DNA of 64,000 nt from Candidatus Woesearchaeota archaeon (GTDB lineage: Archaea > Nanobdellota > Nanobdellia > Woesearchaeales > B72-G16), in assembly GCA_003650545.1 (NCBI GenBank), contig QMQO01000001.1, positions 4,845 through 68,844 on the forward strand, written 5' to 3'. Below, piece by piece: positions 37,285 to 47,206 of this stretch. Position numbers and translations under genes: made by a program. Each line of letters opens with the position of its first letter. Within the stretch, counting starts at the first letter, position 1. The notes beneath the pieces are model-generated. The model was not told the DNA's origin, did no database searches, and saw nothing but the letters and a program-made list of their open reading frames with translations.

Positions 37285-39792
37285 TTACCTCTTTCTTTTC
37301 CATGTAAGTATTTTTTTGAAAAAGTTTAATATATGCTCTAAAAACGTTTCAGGCTGATAGACTTTACTGACCTTTATGATTTTCTGTTCCTTTGTTGGGG
37401 TTTTTATAACTTTAATTCTTAAAATATCAGTACTAGTATAAAAAGTTTTGTCTTCCTGCTTGTATTCTGCAATAGTGGGTGATAATGTTTTAATTCCCGG
37501 TGTGTCAAAACTAATATTGTAAACTATTGTGCGTTTTTCATAAGGAAGAAGTTTGGTGTAATATTCCTCCAACTCATCGTACACTTTGACATAGCTGGAT
37601 ATATTTTGTAGATTTTCTAACCTAAGAAAGACCTCTGCTTTTTCTCCAGTGAAAATTTCTTCTTGAATTAGTTCTTTGTCTATAACAATGCTTGGGACCA
37701 CATAGCTTGAATTATGAACTTTGATGTTAAGTGTACTTGAGTTAATCTCGTAATGTTCATTATCTACTTCATAGCTTAAAATAGTTCTTTTTAGTTTGTG
37801 TGTATCTTTTAACTTGGGTTTGATGTAGTGAACTTTTTCTATCGTGATGCTCTCTCCCGGATTTAAAGTGGCGATGTCATAATAGCGCGTGTTAACCAAA
37901 TCGAAATTTCTTTGTGTGGGAAAAATAAGTCTTATATTTTTGATTTGTACATCGTCGTTATTGGTGATTGTATATCTGAGAGGCAGGATTTCATTTTGGT
38001 ACACTATGTTATCTTCATCATCGAGAACACGCGAAAAAGAAATCTTGTGTTTTTTAATGTTGGTCACTGTTATTTTATTTACGATCGTTTCGTTGATTTG
38101 TTCATTGTTGTAAGTATAGCTGGTGGTGGTGTTGATGGTGTAGGTAGAATCTTTTTTAACTTTCGGTGCTTTTATCGTGTATGTGTATGCTGTAGTTTCT
38201 TGACCTGCAGCTAAACTGATTGTGTTGGCTGAGATCCCTGTAACTTTGAAAACCGTGGGGATATTTTCTATGACTTTTATCCTTAACAGATCGATTTTTC
38301 TGTTATTTTTAATTTTCACTTCAACTTCGCATTTATCATCTTCTAAGATATTTTTTGGCAATGTTTTGGTTATTTGTAATGGTTTTGGTGGATTAATATA
38401 GATATTCATCTTATGTTCTTTTTCAAGATTGTCGCCAAATTCTGTTGTATAATTTATCTTTACATTAAATTTATATTTCGTTCTTTTTTCAACTATTTTA
38501 TTAAGGTGGATCTTCCATACAAGTCTGCGATTTGTTGCATTAAGTCTATCAAGAATAATACCTGCAATATCCTTTAATTCGGTTTCTATACTAGCATTAA
38601 GAAAAGTATAGTCTATATACGGGTTTGGGTTCTGGATAAATACCAATATGGTATAATCTTCGCCGGATTCAAACTCTTCACCATTTTCTATGTTAGAAGT
38701 TACAATTGGATCCTTTATGACTAACTTGAGGCTTGTTTTTTCTGAAAGTATATTCGTTATTTTCTCATCGCTATCTTCATCACGGAATGTTATATCATAG
38801 TAGATATCTAAGTTATACAATCTTTTACCAATTATCTTGAATTCATAGGTTTTTGTGCTGCCTGAAGAGATTCTTGAACCCTCGCTTGGTAATTTAAGGT
38901 ATTTTCTAATCCCTCTTGTTATGTGCGTATCTTTTGGTATTATTTCGCCATTATCCGAGGTATAAATTGAGAATTTATCAATGCGGATATCATGGTTGGG
39001 GTGTTTGTTTTCTACAGTTATTTTCAGTATAATGTTCTCGTCATTTAGTCTTGCAGAAGAAACCTCTTCGAGAGTGTTGTCGATCTCGCTTTGTCTGTAA
39101 AACTTTGAACTGATTGATATAGCTGGCTCTGTTTTAAGGCTGAGCTTTCCGAGGTAGTCTTCAATTTCTTCAATACCATTAAAGTAATTTACTTGGGATG
39201 AAAAACTTTGAGTAAACTTTTCTGTTGGAGTTATTTTATAAGTTAGCTCATGTTCACTATCTCCGTTTAGGTTACCTTCCCAGACAACATTGTTATTGAT
39301 AATAGAACAGCCAGAGCATTCTTCTAAGATGATGTGCTTAGGGAATCTGTCTTTATAATTTATAATTGTGCCATAATCTCCAGTGTTTTTTACAGTGGAT
39401 GTTACTGTGTAGGTTTCTCCAGTGTAAAGTGTGGTTGAACTTATAGATCTTGATACGGTTATAATTGCTTTGATTGAATACACTTTGATTCTTGCCTTGT
39501 ACTCTTCTCTATCATAGTCAAATGTACTTTCTATATAGCAGATTTCTGTCACATTTGTTTGATCGCAACTTCCTTTTTTGATAAAAAGTGGCATCCCAGC
39601 CGTTCGAACTAGAATTTCACTTCTGTCTTTAGAGAATGTAATGATAAAGTTTTCGTTGTTAACTGTAAGGCTATCACCGGAGAAAAGATACCTGTCGTAG
39701 ATAAGACTTTTCGCACTTGCGGTTGTTGTAAGAACAAGTAAGATTATAATAAAGAGAAAAAAATTATTCTTCATCTTACTCGACAATACCAA
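37285..39792 (-). CDS. large secreted beta-sandwich repeat protein (DUF11/CARDB-like by pattern)
   Basis: The signal peptide ends ...LLVLTTTASA/KS. The 835-aa product has recurring roughly 100-aa beta-rich modules, such as GETYTVTSTVKNTGDYG and EVKIKNNRKIDL. Confidence 0.6.
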   Translation of the reverse strand: MVLSSKMKNNFFLFIIILLVLTTTASAKSLIYDRYLFSGDSLTVNNENFIITFSKDRSEILVRTAGMPLFIKKGSCDQTNVTEICYIESTFDYDREEYKARIKVYSIKAIITVSRSISSTTLYTGETYTVTSTVKNTGDYGTIINYKDRFPKHIILEECSGCSIINNNVVWEGNLNGDSEHELTYKITPTEKFTQSFSSQVNYFNGIEEIEDYLGKLSLKTEPAISISSKFYRQSEIDNTLEEVSSARLNDENIILKITVENKHPNHDIRIDKFSIYTSDNGEIIPKDTHITRGIRKYLKLPSEGSRISSGSTKTYEFKIIGKRLYNLDIYYDITFRDEDSDEKITNILSEKTSLKLVIKDPIVTSNIENGEEFESGEDYTILVFIQNPNPYIDYTFLNASIETELKDIAGIILDRLNATNRRLVWKIHLNKIVEKRTKYKFNVKINYTTEFGDNLEKEHKMNIYINPPKPLQITKTLPKNILEDDKCEVEVKIKNNRKIDLLRIKVIENIPTVFKVTGISANTISLAAGQETTAYTYTIKAPKVKKDSTYTINTTTSYTYNNEQINETIVNKITVTNIKKHKISFSRVLDDEDNIVYQNEILPLRYTITNNDDVQIKNIRLIFPTQRNFDLVNTRYYDIATLNPGESITIEKVHYIKPKLKDTHKLKRTILSYEVDNEHYEINSSTLNIKVHNSSYVVPSIVIDKELIQEEIFTGEKAEVFLRLENLQNISSYVKVYDELEEYYTKLLPYEKRTIVYNISFDTPGIKTLSPTIAEYKQEDKTFYTSTDILRIKVIKTPTKEQKIIKVSKVYQPETFLEHILNFFKKILTWKRKR

Positions 39793-40426
39793 CCACTTTA
39801 TTAAGAAGTGAGTTTGGTGTGTACTTCGCTATTTTGAATAATGGGGTTTCAGGGTAAACCCTGATGTCTTTACTCTTGACACCTTTTATTAAGTAGAGCT
39901 GTCCTTCTTCTTCCATTTTTTTGCTGAATAACCCTGCAAAGATTCTTGTTTTCATGTCTGTAGGGGTGGTTTCTGAGTAAAGTATTTCTCTTATATTTTC
40001 TTGTTCTAAGGTTTGACCCTGAAAATTGATACTCTGCTCTTTTATCAGTGGCTGCAGTTTGAATATGAATGCTTTATAATTGTGACCTAGGATTGCTTCG
40101 TAATCTCTGTTTGCAAGATGGGTACTCATAATCTCAAGATCTTCTACTGTTAGGGTTTCTATTGTTTCAGGATCTTCAAAACTAACAATGCGTAACCCTG
40201 CAAGTGCTCTGTCTTTTTCTTGAAGTAAGAATAGCTTTGGTTGTGTGTTGAAGTTTTTTTGTATATCCATATAGTCAGTATAACCAAAGTATAGACCTAT
40301 CCCCGTGAGGATCACTAGCAAGAGAATTGCAAAGGCTACTATCTTCACAATTGATTTTCCGAATTTAATAATAAGAATTATACCAACAATAAGTGTTAGA
40401 ATTTCCACCATTGTTAGTAGCGCCAT
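39776..40426 (-). CDS. N-terminally anchored membrane protein, function unknown
   Basis: Two N-terminal TM helices. It overlaps the downstream large gene by 17 nt, consistent with an operon with 37285..39792, 36879..37274 and lspA. Confidence 0.5.
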   Translation of the reverse strand: MALLTMVEILTLIVGIILIIKFGKSIVKIVAFAILLLVILTGIGLYFGYTDYMDIQKNFNTQPKLFLLQEKDRALAGLRIVSFEDPETIETLTVEDLEIMSTHLANRDYEAILGHNYKAFIFKLQPLIKEQSINFQGQTLEQENIREILYSETTPTDMKTRIFAGLFSKKMEEEGQLYLIKGVKSKDIRVYPETPLFKIAKYTPNSLLNKVVGIVE

Positions 40427-40534
40427 GATATCACCTCTTTATTAGAGGTTATATTATAGGTATTTAAATGTTGCGGGATTTTGGCATTGTAAAGAATAAT
40501 GTAAAGAATAAAAGAAAAAAATTAAATATGGAAT

Positions 40535-40894
40535 TTGGTTTTTGAGATAGAAGAAACTGCAAAAATGGTTGGGAGAGTTAAAAAACATAAACTTACATAT
40601 TACAACAGGTATAAAATTTGTGATGAGGATATTTCTCTAATTGTAACTAATGCTTACGGGAATAGAGAAGAAATATTAATACCGCGTGATGTACAAGTTA
40701 TTGCTGTTGATACATCAGATATTATACGTAAGAATGTTTTTTCACTTATATATTTAAAAAAAATAAGGGGAGCGTTTGTCGAAATAAATAAACACGAATT
40801 CAATAGTCTGTTATATGAAGTTCTGACGAATAAACTTGCTAATTACACCAAAGTAAATCTTGTTATGAGAGAAAACAAATTTTATTATGAATAA
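40535..40894 (+). CDS. hypothetical protein (start uncertain: TTG at 40535 or ATG at 40565)
   Basis: ORF only; no recognisable motif. Confidence 0.35.
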   Translation: MVFEIEETAKMVGRVKKHKLTYYNRYKICDEDISLIVTNAYGNREEILIPRDVQVIAVDTSDIIRKNVFSLIYLKKIRGAFVEINKHEFNSLLYEVLTNKLANYTKVNLVMRENKFYYE

Positions 40895-41607
40895 CTCTCT
40901 TTATAATTCTGCTTAATATCTGCATAATATTTGCAGTTCTTTCTCAGAATGCACTCTTTACATAATGGCTTTTTGTGGCAGTACATTTTGGCGTGCTTTA
41001 CTATCAACGCATGATATTCTTTGTAAACTTTAAGGTTTTTCCTTAAATGTTTGTGGAAGAATTGCTGAACTTCATCGTAGTTGTTGTTTTCGTTTATCAG
41101 ACCAAGCCTAGAGAAAATACGTTTTGTGTATGCATCCACAACAAAGATCGGTTTTTCAAATGCATATAATACGATGCTGTCTGCTGTCTCAGGGCCGATA
41201 CCCTTAATTTTTAGCAGGATGTTCCTTAAGTCGTTAGTTGAGAGTTGTAATAAATTATAGAATTTTGTATGGTAAAGAAACTTTGCTATGATTTTTAGCT
41301 TGATTGCTTTTTGATTATAATAACCCGAGCTACGTATAATTTTAGCAAGTGTTTTCTCGGGAATGGCGAGGATGTTTTTAGGATCCATAAGTTTGTTTTT
41401 GTTGAGCAATGTTATTGTTTTCTCAACGTTTTTCCATGTTGTGTTTTGGGTTAGAATTGCGCCTACGATTATCTCAAAGACATCCCTATTACTTTTAGGA
41501 GGACCGTTATGGTGTTTGCTGTAGAGAGAATTCTTTGATAAAGGCCACCAGCCTTGAGGACCGTATGTTTTATGCAAGGTTTTGTAGATTGTTTGGATTT
41601 TGTTCAT
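40885..41607 (-). CDS. endonuclease III-like HhH-GPD DNA glycosylase family protein
   Basis: ILTQNTTWKNVEKTI, IKGIGPETADSIVLYA, VVDAYTKRIFSRLG and the C-terminal Cys cluster CHKKPLCKECILRKNC. Confidence 0.8.
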   Translation of the reverse strand: MNKIQTIYKTLHKTYGPQGWWPLSKNSLYSKHHNGPPKSNRDVFEIIVGAILTQNTTWKNVEKTITLLNKNKLMDPKNILAIPEKTLAKIIRSSGYYNQKAIKLKIIAKFLYHTKFYNLLQLSTNDLRNILLKIKGIGPETADSIVLYAFEKPIFVVDAYTKRIFSRLGLINENNNYDEVQQFFHKHLRKNLKVYKEYHALIVKHAKMYCHKKPLCKECILRKNCKYYADIKQNYKESYS

Positions 41608-41647
41608 ATTTTCCTTTCCTCAAAACTTAAATGTTAAAATAACCGAA

Positions 41648-42739
41648 TTATCTTAATTTTATAACTAGACCTTCCTCAGTTACTTCCACAGATGTGCCAA
41701 GTTCATCTGAAAGTTGAATCATCCTTTTTTCAATATCTTCTTTTTCAGATCCTTTTGCTTTCCTTGTCTGAAATGTTGTTATTATCGGGATTAGCACAAT
41801 TTCTCGTGGATATCTAACCTTGAAAATAAAAGACCAATCGTTTCTTAATACAGGATCAACTGCATAGTCGTCTATAAAATCTCCTGTATCATACAGTATG
41901 GGTCTGTTATTATAAATTTCTATACCTTGAAAAACGTGAGAAGAATGCCCGTGAAAGATGTCTGCACCAGTATCTATGACAGACCTTGCAAAATCTTGGA
42001 ATTCTCTGCTAGGCCTTAGCTTCATGTTAGGTCCCCAATGTGCCGAGACAATCAATATATCGACTTTACTTCTAACATTAGAAATCTGTTGTTTAATCTC
42101 TTCTAGGCCTGCATCATTTATACGGATATAATTTGTGCCAGGTTTTCCATTAGCTTTCCAGCCGGGTTCATTATCTGTTATAGAGATTATACCTATTCTT
42201 TTTCCCCTTACTTCTAATATCGCTGGCTTTTTTGCTTGCTCTAGTGTTTTGCCTGCACCAGCATGTTTTATACCTGCGTCATCTAAAACCTTGATTGTCT
42301 CTGTTAGACCAGAGTACCTATAATCTAAAATATGGTTGTTGGCAAGTGATGCATAATCAATTAAGGCCATTTTCAACGCTTGCACATTTTCTGGATTTGA
42401 TTTATAGTTGAACACTTTTGGAGTCCACTTTTCTTTTTGCGTTGTTAGTGTTGTTTCGAGATTTATTATTCTCAGGTCTGCATTTTCCAATTCACTTAGT
42501 ATATCTCCCCAGATCCAGATGTAGCCCTTCTCGGCTATGACATCGTTCATTAATCTACCAATCATAACATCCCCCGTAAAGACAATGCTAATAGTTTCAT
42601 TTGGATGTTGTTCTTTTTCTTGAGGTTTTTTACCTTCTTTTATTTTTTCTGATGGAATATATGAAACGCAAGCTGTTAGAAGCATCATAAATACTATGAT
42701 ACATACAATGATCCCTATAAATAGATATTTTTCCATCAT
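41648..42739 (-). CDS. CapA/PgsA-family metallophosphatase-fold protein with bacterial-type lipobox
   Basis: FTGDVMIGR, NLETTLT, SLANNHILDY, VSAHWGPN and GHSSHV match the CapA family. The signal peptide ends MMLLTAC, a lipobox L-T-A-C. Confidence 0.8.
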   Translation of the reverse strand: MMEKYLFIGIIVCIIVFMMLLTACVSYIPSEKIKEGKKPQEKEQHPNETISIVFTGDVMIGRLMNDVIAEKGYIWIWGDILSELENADLRIINLETTLTTQKEKWTPKVFNYKSNPENVQALKMALIDYASLANNHILDYRYSGLTETIKVLDDAGIKHAGAGKTLEQAKKPAILEVRGKRIGIISITDNEPGWKANGKPGTNYIRINDAGLEEIKQQISNVRSKVDILIVSAHWGPNMKLRPSREFQDFARSVIDTGADIFHGHSSHVFQGIEIYNNRPILYDTGDFIDDYAVDPVLRNDWSFIFKVRYPREIVLIPIITTFQTRKAKGSEKEDIEKRMIQLSDELGTSVEVTEEGLVIKLR

Positions 42740-43697
42740 CTCCTTATCATGATCTCTTTAAGTACGTTTTCTTTGACAACAAAAAACCTGACGTCTGGTG
42801 TAATATCGTAAATGTATTGTTTGATAACACCATCGTCTGGCTTCTGTTTGAAAATCACATTTACTTTTAGTTTGTTTTTACCTGAACAAAATATTATAAC
42901 ATCACTAAACTTATTATAATTTAATATCTTTATTTGCTCATATCTGCCTTCAGGAATTATTCCAAAATTCCATTGCCGTTTGAATGTGAATAGCCCTGCA
43001 CTCAAGTGGTGACCAAAAAGATTTGTGTCTGAACCACTGGTCAATATTTCATATCCTTTTTCTTTCCCGTATTTTATAAAGTTATACACGAGAAAATCGC
43101 TTAATCCGTCTTTTTGAAACTCAGGCAGGGTTGCCTTATAGCTTGATGTCAATATTGTTTTTCCGTTTAATGTTCTTACATTTACGATCGACCTCCGATG
43201 AGTCTATTATCAAGAAATGCAAAAATACCGATGACTTTTTGATTATTTATGCGTTTAGTATTTAACCACCCCAATGATGCTAGTTTGAGTCCCTTCTCTT
43301 TTTGTGAAATGGAGTTGTAGTATAATGTAAGCCAATCTTTAAAGTTTTTGTCATCGAGATTTTCTATGAATTTAATTGTTATGCCTCTGACATTCAAATG
43401 TCTTATTCTTTTTCTTTTTTCTTTTTTTAAAGATTCTAGGTAATTTTCAGGAATAGTTTTTGTGTAGAGAATGTTTCTTATTTTTTTTGGTTTTAAAAAA
43501 TAATTATCTAAACCTTTAAAATAATTTTTAATTATTATTACATCTGAATTTTTATTTTTAGCAATCTTTTCTATTTTTATTATATCATTTTCATCATTTA
43601 AATTATTGACAACAAAGTAGCGTAGATTGAAGAATTCCTGGATTTCAGCCATCAGATCATCGATCTTGAATTTTTCAACAGTTGTTCCGTCTCTCAT
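42736..43697 (-). pseudogene. GNAT/Fem-like acyltransferase-fold gene split by a frameshift (ORFs 43182..43697 and 42736..43152)
   Basis: The upstream ORF ends ...AFLDNRLIGGRS then TAA. The downstream frame is already open across the junction (HRRSIVNVRTLNGKTILTSSYKATLPEF...). A 1-nt shift therefore gives one continuous roughly 320-aa product. The downstream ORF otherwise needs a TTG start. Confidence 0.55.
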
Positions 43698-43831
43698 ATC
43701 ATATTAAAATGCTTAGTTTTATTTAAACTTTATTCTACATATCTACACGTCTCTACATCTGTCTCTCTATATTTCTATCTATATCTTTCATTATAATAAT
43801 CTATTTAAAATATTTTCAACATTGATTTTAC

Positions 43832-46800
43832 ATGGGGGCGTTGGAAGATTGCTTCATTGCAAATGAAGTTAGAGTAGATTCTACAAGAAATTACAAACTC
43901 CATGTTTCTTTTCAGGGTTTGGGAGAGGTATATTGTGATTGGAAACACACATTTCCAACGACATTTATCTATGATAAAAAACACCTAGACGAGTTAATAG
44001 ATGCAATTGAAAAAAGTCCCTTAAAAGATTTTAAATTCAGAGTGATAAAAAGAGCTTATCCTGTTGTGCAGCTGGATGCACCAATCCCTCTTGTTTTAGA
44101 TTTTATAGAGAAGAGAATGTCAAAAATTTTTCTAGAGGATATATTTAAAAAATATTCTGAGAAAACTCCCTATTTAATGTGGGTACAAGAAGCAAGAGAT
44201 GCTGCTGCACAAGGTGAGAATCCATTCCAACCTCTTTGGAAGAATATGGTTGCTTTTGTTGAGTCCATTAACCCAGAAGCAAAAGGCCAGCTAAAAAACT
44301 TTAAGATGAATTTTAAAAATTATTTAGAAAAATATGTTCTTGGCAGAACCGATGTAGAAGGAGAATATTATTCGGATGAAAAAGTCAAATGGATGATTCG
44401 GTTCTGTAAATATGTAAAAGCAAGACAGAATCCCAACCATCGTATTTACTATCCTTTTAGTTATTTCTCGCTGGGTTATTATAACCAGCAGGCAAGGTGG
44501 AGAGTTGGAAATGCTGGCGGGTTGTTTAAACTTGATCCAAGGTTGATAGAATTATTGAGAGAACGTAAGAATATCCAAGATAATGTTTTGGCTCTTGAAG
44601 ATAGGATAGACGCCATTTTCAGTTCAGAATCAGGAGCAACAAGGATGAAGAATGAGCTAGTGTCTGCGTTTAAAATGTATAATGGAAGAAACCTTGATAA
44701 GATTCTTACAGGCATTTCTAAAACAACACGTAAAAAAAGAATATTCGCAATTGAATGGTTGAGGAACATCATGGATGAAATTTCTGATCTAGAAAATCGA
44801 ATGGAGAACATGGGACATGTTGAGTTGAGATGTTATTGTGATACAAAAAACAAACGTCTTGGTACAAGGTTATTCAATGTTGAGATCCATCTAGATTCAA
44901 CTGATAGTTTTTTATACCAAAGAATGCTTAATGCAGATGAGATTAGACGACAGATTTGGATATTTTTTGATTTTGAGAAGCCACTATTTGGTGAAGATGA
45001 AGAAAAGTTATCTTATGGAGGTTTTCTCATACTTGCTAATGATAAACCCGTGATGTCTAATATATATACTATCCACAAAACAGGTATTAAAAGTATGAAA
45101 GGATTTGTGGTGAAGCAAAATTTTGGTACTGTTAGAAAAATGTTAGATGCGATAATTGATGATATTAATAAGATTAAAGCAAGATATCCTGAAAAACTAA
45201 TTATCTATGCTCCTTTTAATGCAAAGTTTGATCTGCTCGAAACTCGTGAACAAGAAGGTGGTTTTTTGGTTGGTGCAAGAAAATCAGATCCTATAAAAGA
45301 AGTTTCTCGTGAATTCGGGATTAGAATTGGCGTAAGACAAGCGCAAGTTTATGATTTTTTTTGGCAAGCACAGCTTGATGCGAAACATTTGCCAAGAAAA
45401 AAACTCGATGTGTACGAACTTTTTTGTATGGGCGATGAAGCTGTAGGAAAATCTCTTAGCTATGACGAAATGCGCGAACTAGAATGGATTGCTATAAGTA
45501 ACTGCTTTGATCCTGATGTGGTAAGTTATAATGTAAGTGAACACCTTTCTAAACAAACAGGATTGCCCATTGTTGATCTGGAGATGGTGCGTGATATAGG
45601 TAAGTATGCTGCACAGTGTATCGTCAGTTATCTAATTGACGATGTTGTAGCTCTTAATCGGATATTTGATTCTGAGCGTGGAAGAAAATGTCTTAGGATA
45701 AAAGCGCATATTTCGGAGGAATATGGCATAGAACTCACAAAGACTGCGTATTATCCTTCTCCTATAAATGATGCGCAGGAAAAACTTTACTTTGAAAAAG
45801 TTGGAACGTTCAGAAAGGTTGTTTATCCAGAGAATAAGTTTTCACGCGAATTGGCTGAAAAATCAAAAACCTTCTTTAGCAGATATAGGCGCGGTTTGAT
45901 AAAGCACGATAATGTTGAAGGTGTATTTCATAATGTCCACCAAGTTTATTTGCCTTGGCCAGAGTTCCTTGCAGACCTAATCGCGATAAGATTTTCAGAG
46001 AATGGCACTCTCGAAAGTTCAAAGTTAAGAAGAACATTAGAGCTAGCAGCAGAATTAGATGATCCCTACTCAAAACATCATCTAAGCCAATACATTAGAG
46101 CGCTTGCTGGTTTCATCATAAAGGATTATGGCGACTATCAACTTGAAAGAAATAAGCTAACGAGACTGTTGAAAAAAAGTGGATTGGCAGGAAATTTCTC
46201 TAGTGTTAGAGATGTTGTTGTGATGTTAATGAATACTCTTGATTCAGTCGATAGGTTTAGGTTAAGAAATGGCTATCTATCCGCAAGAAAGATACTTAAT
46301 TTTAGACAGTCTACCCTTTTTAAGCTTACTGAGATAGTGAAAGGGTTTGGTATGCAACAAGACGATCCGTTTGATGCCGATAAAACTCTGGTTGATGTTA
46401 TAAACACTTGTGCTAAATACTATCATAAAAAAAGAAAATTCAAGGGTCAGTTTAATTTTGAACCAAGGTTTGTTAGAGAGATATTAGGTGATAGGGATAA
46501 AGGTGTTGGCTTATTCTTAGATGTAGCAAATAAATTAAAGAATGCTGGCTTTAGCATCCTTAAAAACAATGGAGATTTTCTTTATGTGATTGGTGATGCG
46601 AGAAAGTTACCAGAACCAACTGTGCATCTACAAACGATAAATAGTGTTCTTAAGGTCAAAGACAGGTTATATTATAAAGTTGCAGGTCAATTTGCAGGAA
46701 TTAAAATAAGAGAGAAGCCATCTAATCAACTTTGCGTATATGAGTCAAGAGTGTATGCAGAGTTCCTAGACAGAATTCTTTCAGGAAATGTAGAAGATGC

Positions 46801-47191
46801 AGCAGAGTTTGCATATAGGGCTATTATGAATGTTATCAATGCAGATAACATTGATCTGGTTTGGTATGTGAAGAGTCGAGATATTTATAATGCTTATGAT
46901 GTCTATGATGGCTGTGTCTTTTTTTATGATCCCTATAGGCAACCGGATAAAGTTGAGTATGTTGAAAAAGAATTTGGTAGTATGGGTTACAAAGTTCTTA
47001 GGCGGATAGAGGATCTAAATCTAGATATGCGTAAATATCGTGAAAGGTTGAGGGTCCAGTTTGACTTTTTTCTGAGTCCCTTTATGAACCCTGCACAAAG
47101 ACTTAAGTTATTAAGGACTGGTAAGGTTCCAGATGGTGTCACAGAAAAAAGGCCGTATAATCTAACCTTAGATTTTGATGCTTTAGATTAA
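43832..47191 (+). CDS. family B DNA polymerase-like protein: DEDDy exonuclease motifs present, polymerase motifs A and C degenerate
   Basis: Exo I is FFDFE (around aa 380), Exo II is FNAKFDL (around aa 463-467), and Exo III is SYLIDD (around aa 600-604). The motif A position reads VYLPWPEFLADLI instead of DxxSLYPSII. The motif C position reads LYVIGDAR instead of YGDTDS. The downstream KDRLYYKV...ESRVYAEF..VEDAAEF layout parallels the KKRYA...RRDW...eeA region of PolB. Confidence 0.55.
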   Translation: MGALEDCFIANEVRVDSTRNYKLHVSFQGLGEVYCDWKHTFPTTFIYDKKHLDELIDAIEKSPLKDFKFRVIKRAYPVVQLDAPIPLVLDFIEKRMSKIFLEDIFKKYSEKTPYLMWVQEARDAAAQGENPFQPLWKNMVAFVESINPEAKGQLKNFKMNFKNYLEKYVLGRTDVEGEYYSDEKVKWMIRFCKYVKARQNPNHRIYYPFSYFSLGYYNQQARWRVGNAGGLFKLDPRLIELLRERKNIQDNVLALEDRIDAIFSSESGATRMKNELVSAFKMYNGRNLDKILTGISKTTRKKRIFAIEWLRNIMDEISDLENRMENMGHVELRCYCDTKNKRLGTRLFNVEIHLDSTDSFLYQRMLNADEIRRQIWIFFDFEKPLFGEDEEKLSYGGFLILANDKPVMSNIYTIHKTGIKSMKGFVVKQNFGTVRKMLDAIIDDINKIKARYPEKLIIYAPFNAKFDLLETREQEGGFLVGARKSDPIKEVSREFGIRIGVRQAQVYDFFWQAQLDAKHLPRKKLDVYELFCMGDEAVGKSLSYDEMRELEWIAISNCFDPDVVSYNVSEHLSKQTGLPIVDLEMVRDIGKYAAQCIVSYLIDDVVALNRIFDSERGRKCLRIKAHISEEYGIELTKTAYYPSPINDAQEKLYFEKVGTFRKVVYPENKFSRELAEKSKTFFSRYRRGLIKHDNVEGVFHNVHQVYLPWPEFLADLIAIRFSENGTLESSKLRRTLELAAELDDPYSKHHLSQYIRALAGFIIKDYGDYQLERNKLTRLLKKSGLAGNFSSVRDVVVMLMNTLDSVDRFRLRNGYLSARKILNFRQSTLFKLTEIVKGFGMQQDDPFDADKTLVDVINTCAKYYHKKRKFKGQFNFEPRFVREILGDRDKGVGLFLDVANKLKNAGFSILKNNGDFLYVIGDARKLPEPTVHLQTINSVLKVKDRLYYKVAGQFAGIKIREKPSNQLCVYESRVYAEFLDRILSGNVEDAAEFAYRAIMNVINADNIDLVWYVKSRDIYNAYDVYDGCVFFYDPYRQPDKVEYVEKEFGSMGYKVLRRIEDLNLDMRKYRERLRVQFDFFLSPFMNPAQRLKLLRTGKVPDGVTEKRPYNLTLDFDALD

Positions 47192-47206
47192 GTAAGAATA
47201 TTATTT

